Below are positions 6,299 to 7,007 of a DNA stretch of 7,007 bases, piece by piece. The DNA is from a virus. Lineage: Duplodnaviria; Heunggongvirae; Uroviricota; Caudoviricetes. The stretch is from IMG/VR virus record IMGVR_UViG_2690316343_000005. The stretch is one strand, 5' to 3'. Both the position numbers and the translations under genes were made by a program. Positions within the stretch are counted from its first letter, which is position 1; every line of letters begins with the position of its first letter. Below the pieces are notes generated by a model. It searched no databases, was not told the origin of the DNA, and was given only the letters and a program-made list of their open reading frames with translations.

Positions 6299-7007
6299 TT
6301 ACCCCCTGAAGCCTGGCGGGATCGCACTGTCCGGCAACGAGACGGTGTTAACCTGTCGGAGCAACGTCTCAGGCCGAACACCTTTCGGCGCGAACAGGCC
6401 CTGGTATTCATTGGCGATGCTGTGTCGAATCACCTGCTCAGGTGTAAAACCCTGCTGACGGAATTTTTCCAGTTCCCGTATCGCCCCGTTAGCGCCCTGC
6501 TCCGTTCGAATCGGTTTTCGCAATGCCTGTCTGAACCGGACCCACTCATGCCAGAGTGTTTCCGGCAACCAATCGGGCAGCTCAATAGCCTCCGGCTCGA
6601 ATTTTTTAGACGCTCGTTTTTGGCGAGGGGGAGATCAGTATTTAGATCTTCCTCTTCCTCTTCCTCTGGTAACGCTTTTTGATCCGTTTGTGTAACGCTG
6701 GCAGCGTTACCTTTTCGTTTCAGTTCGCGTATTTTTGTTACTCGCTCGTTTGTAACCGCCCGTTTTTTTTAGAGCTTTTTCCGTTATGACGTTCAAAGTT
6801 AGGTAGAGAAAGCCCTCCGTCATTTTCGACCAGCCATCCAACCTGAATTAACGCATCAGCAAAACCAGACATAAAAGTGATGCGATCTATTGCACTTTTT
6901 GTAACGCCGCGAGCGTTACAATCTGCATTACCGTCTATCATTTGTTGATCCGCCCATGCCCAGAAGCGAATAACCTGAGGTAGCCTGAGTTTAACGGACA
7001 CTCCTTC
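6299..7007 (-). pseudogene. Replication initiator (YdaU/DUF1376-like, O-protein analogue) interrupted by two frameshifts at homopolymers; N-terminus may extend past the right edge
   Basis: Three consecutive open frames on the minus strand join into one protein if one A is added at the 8-nt run (plus 6773..6780) and one at the 6-nt run (plus 6602..6607): MSVKLRLPQV...GKSSKK|RAVTNERVTKIRELKRK...PEEEEEEDL...AKNERLK|FEPEAIELPDWLPETLWHEW...GFRG*. The stop is 6 nt before the DnaC-like ATG. Confidence 0.6.
6633..6770. repeat. Origin-like sequence cluster inside the replication gene: 3 GATC sites in 52 bp, (GAGGAA)x3, perfect 9-bp inverted repeat GTAACGCTG-g-CAGCGTTAC and related TTTGTAAC(C)GC motifs
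   Basis: GATC at 6633, 6645 and 6681; cttcct x3 at 6649..6667; inverted repeat at about 6691..6709; similar motifs near 6669 and 6755. Confidence 0.3.

Noticed and set aside
5564-6682. Plus ORFs 5564..5836, 5656..5874, 6102..6458, 6188..6682
   Set aside because: Antisense to the DnaC-like and replication-initiator genes, with GC-skewed, Arg/Ser/Pro-rich shadow-frame composition.

Overview
This window reads as the early-right region of a lambdoid prophage from an E. coli-like enterobacterial genome, running from the replication module through a nin-like accessory region to antiterminator Q. Every credible gene is on the minus strand, transcribed from high to low coordinates. In order: a YdaU/O-like replication initiator broken by two homopolymer frameshifts (6299..7007), a DnaC-like helicase loader, a winged-HTH protein, a zinc-ribbon protein, a QueH-like (DUF208) epoxyqueuosine reductase homolog, a hok-family type I toxin split by an assembly gap, two copies of a 252-bp module each carrying a small ORF, one partial hypothetical ORF, a DUF968/HNH-like protein, RusA, and the first 145 codons of Q. 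Two N-runs (2401..2411, 3402..3513) are assembly gaps, and the second is flanked by a 72-bp near-identical overlap, so gene order across the gaps is not secure. The most interesting candidate is the wHTH / zinc-ribbon / QueH block sitting in the accessory slot between replication genes and hok. No rRNA, tRNA, CRISPR array or transposase was seen. All family assignments are from motif recognition and recalled homology by eye; no database search was run.
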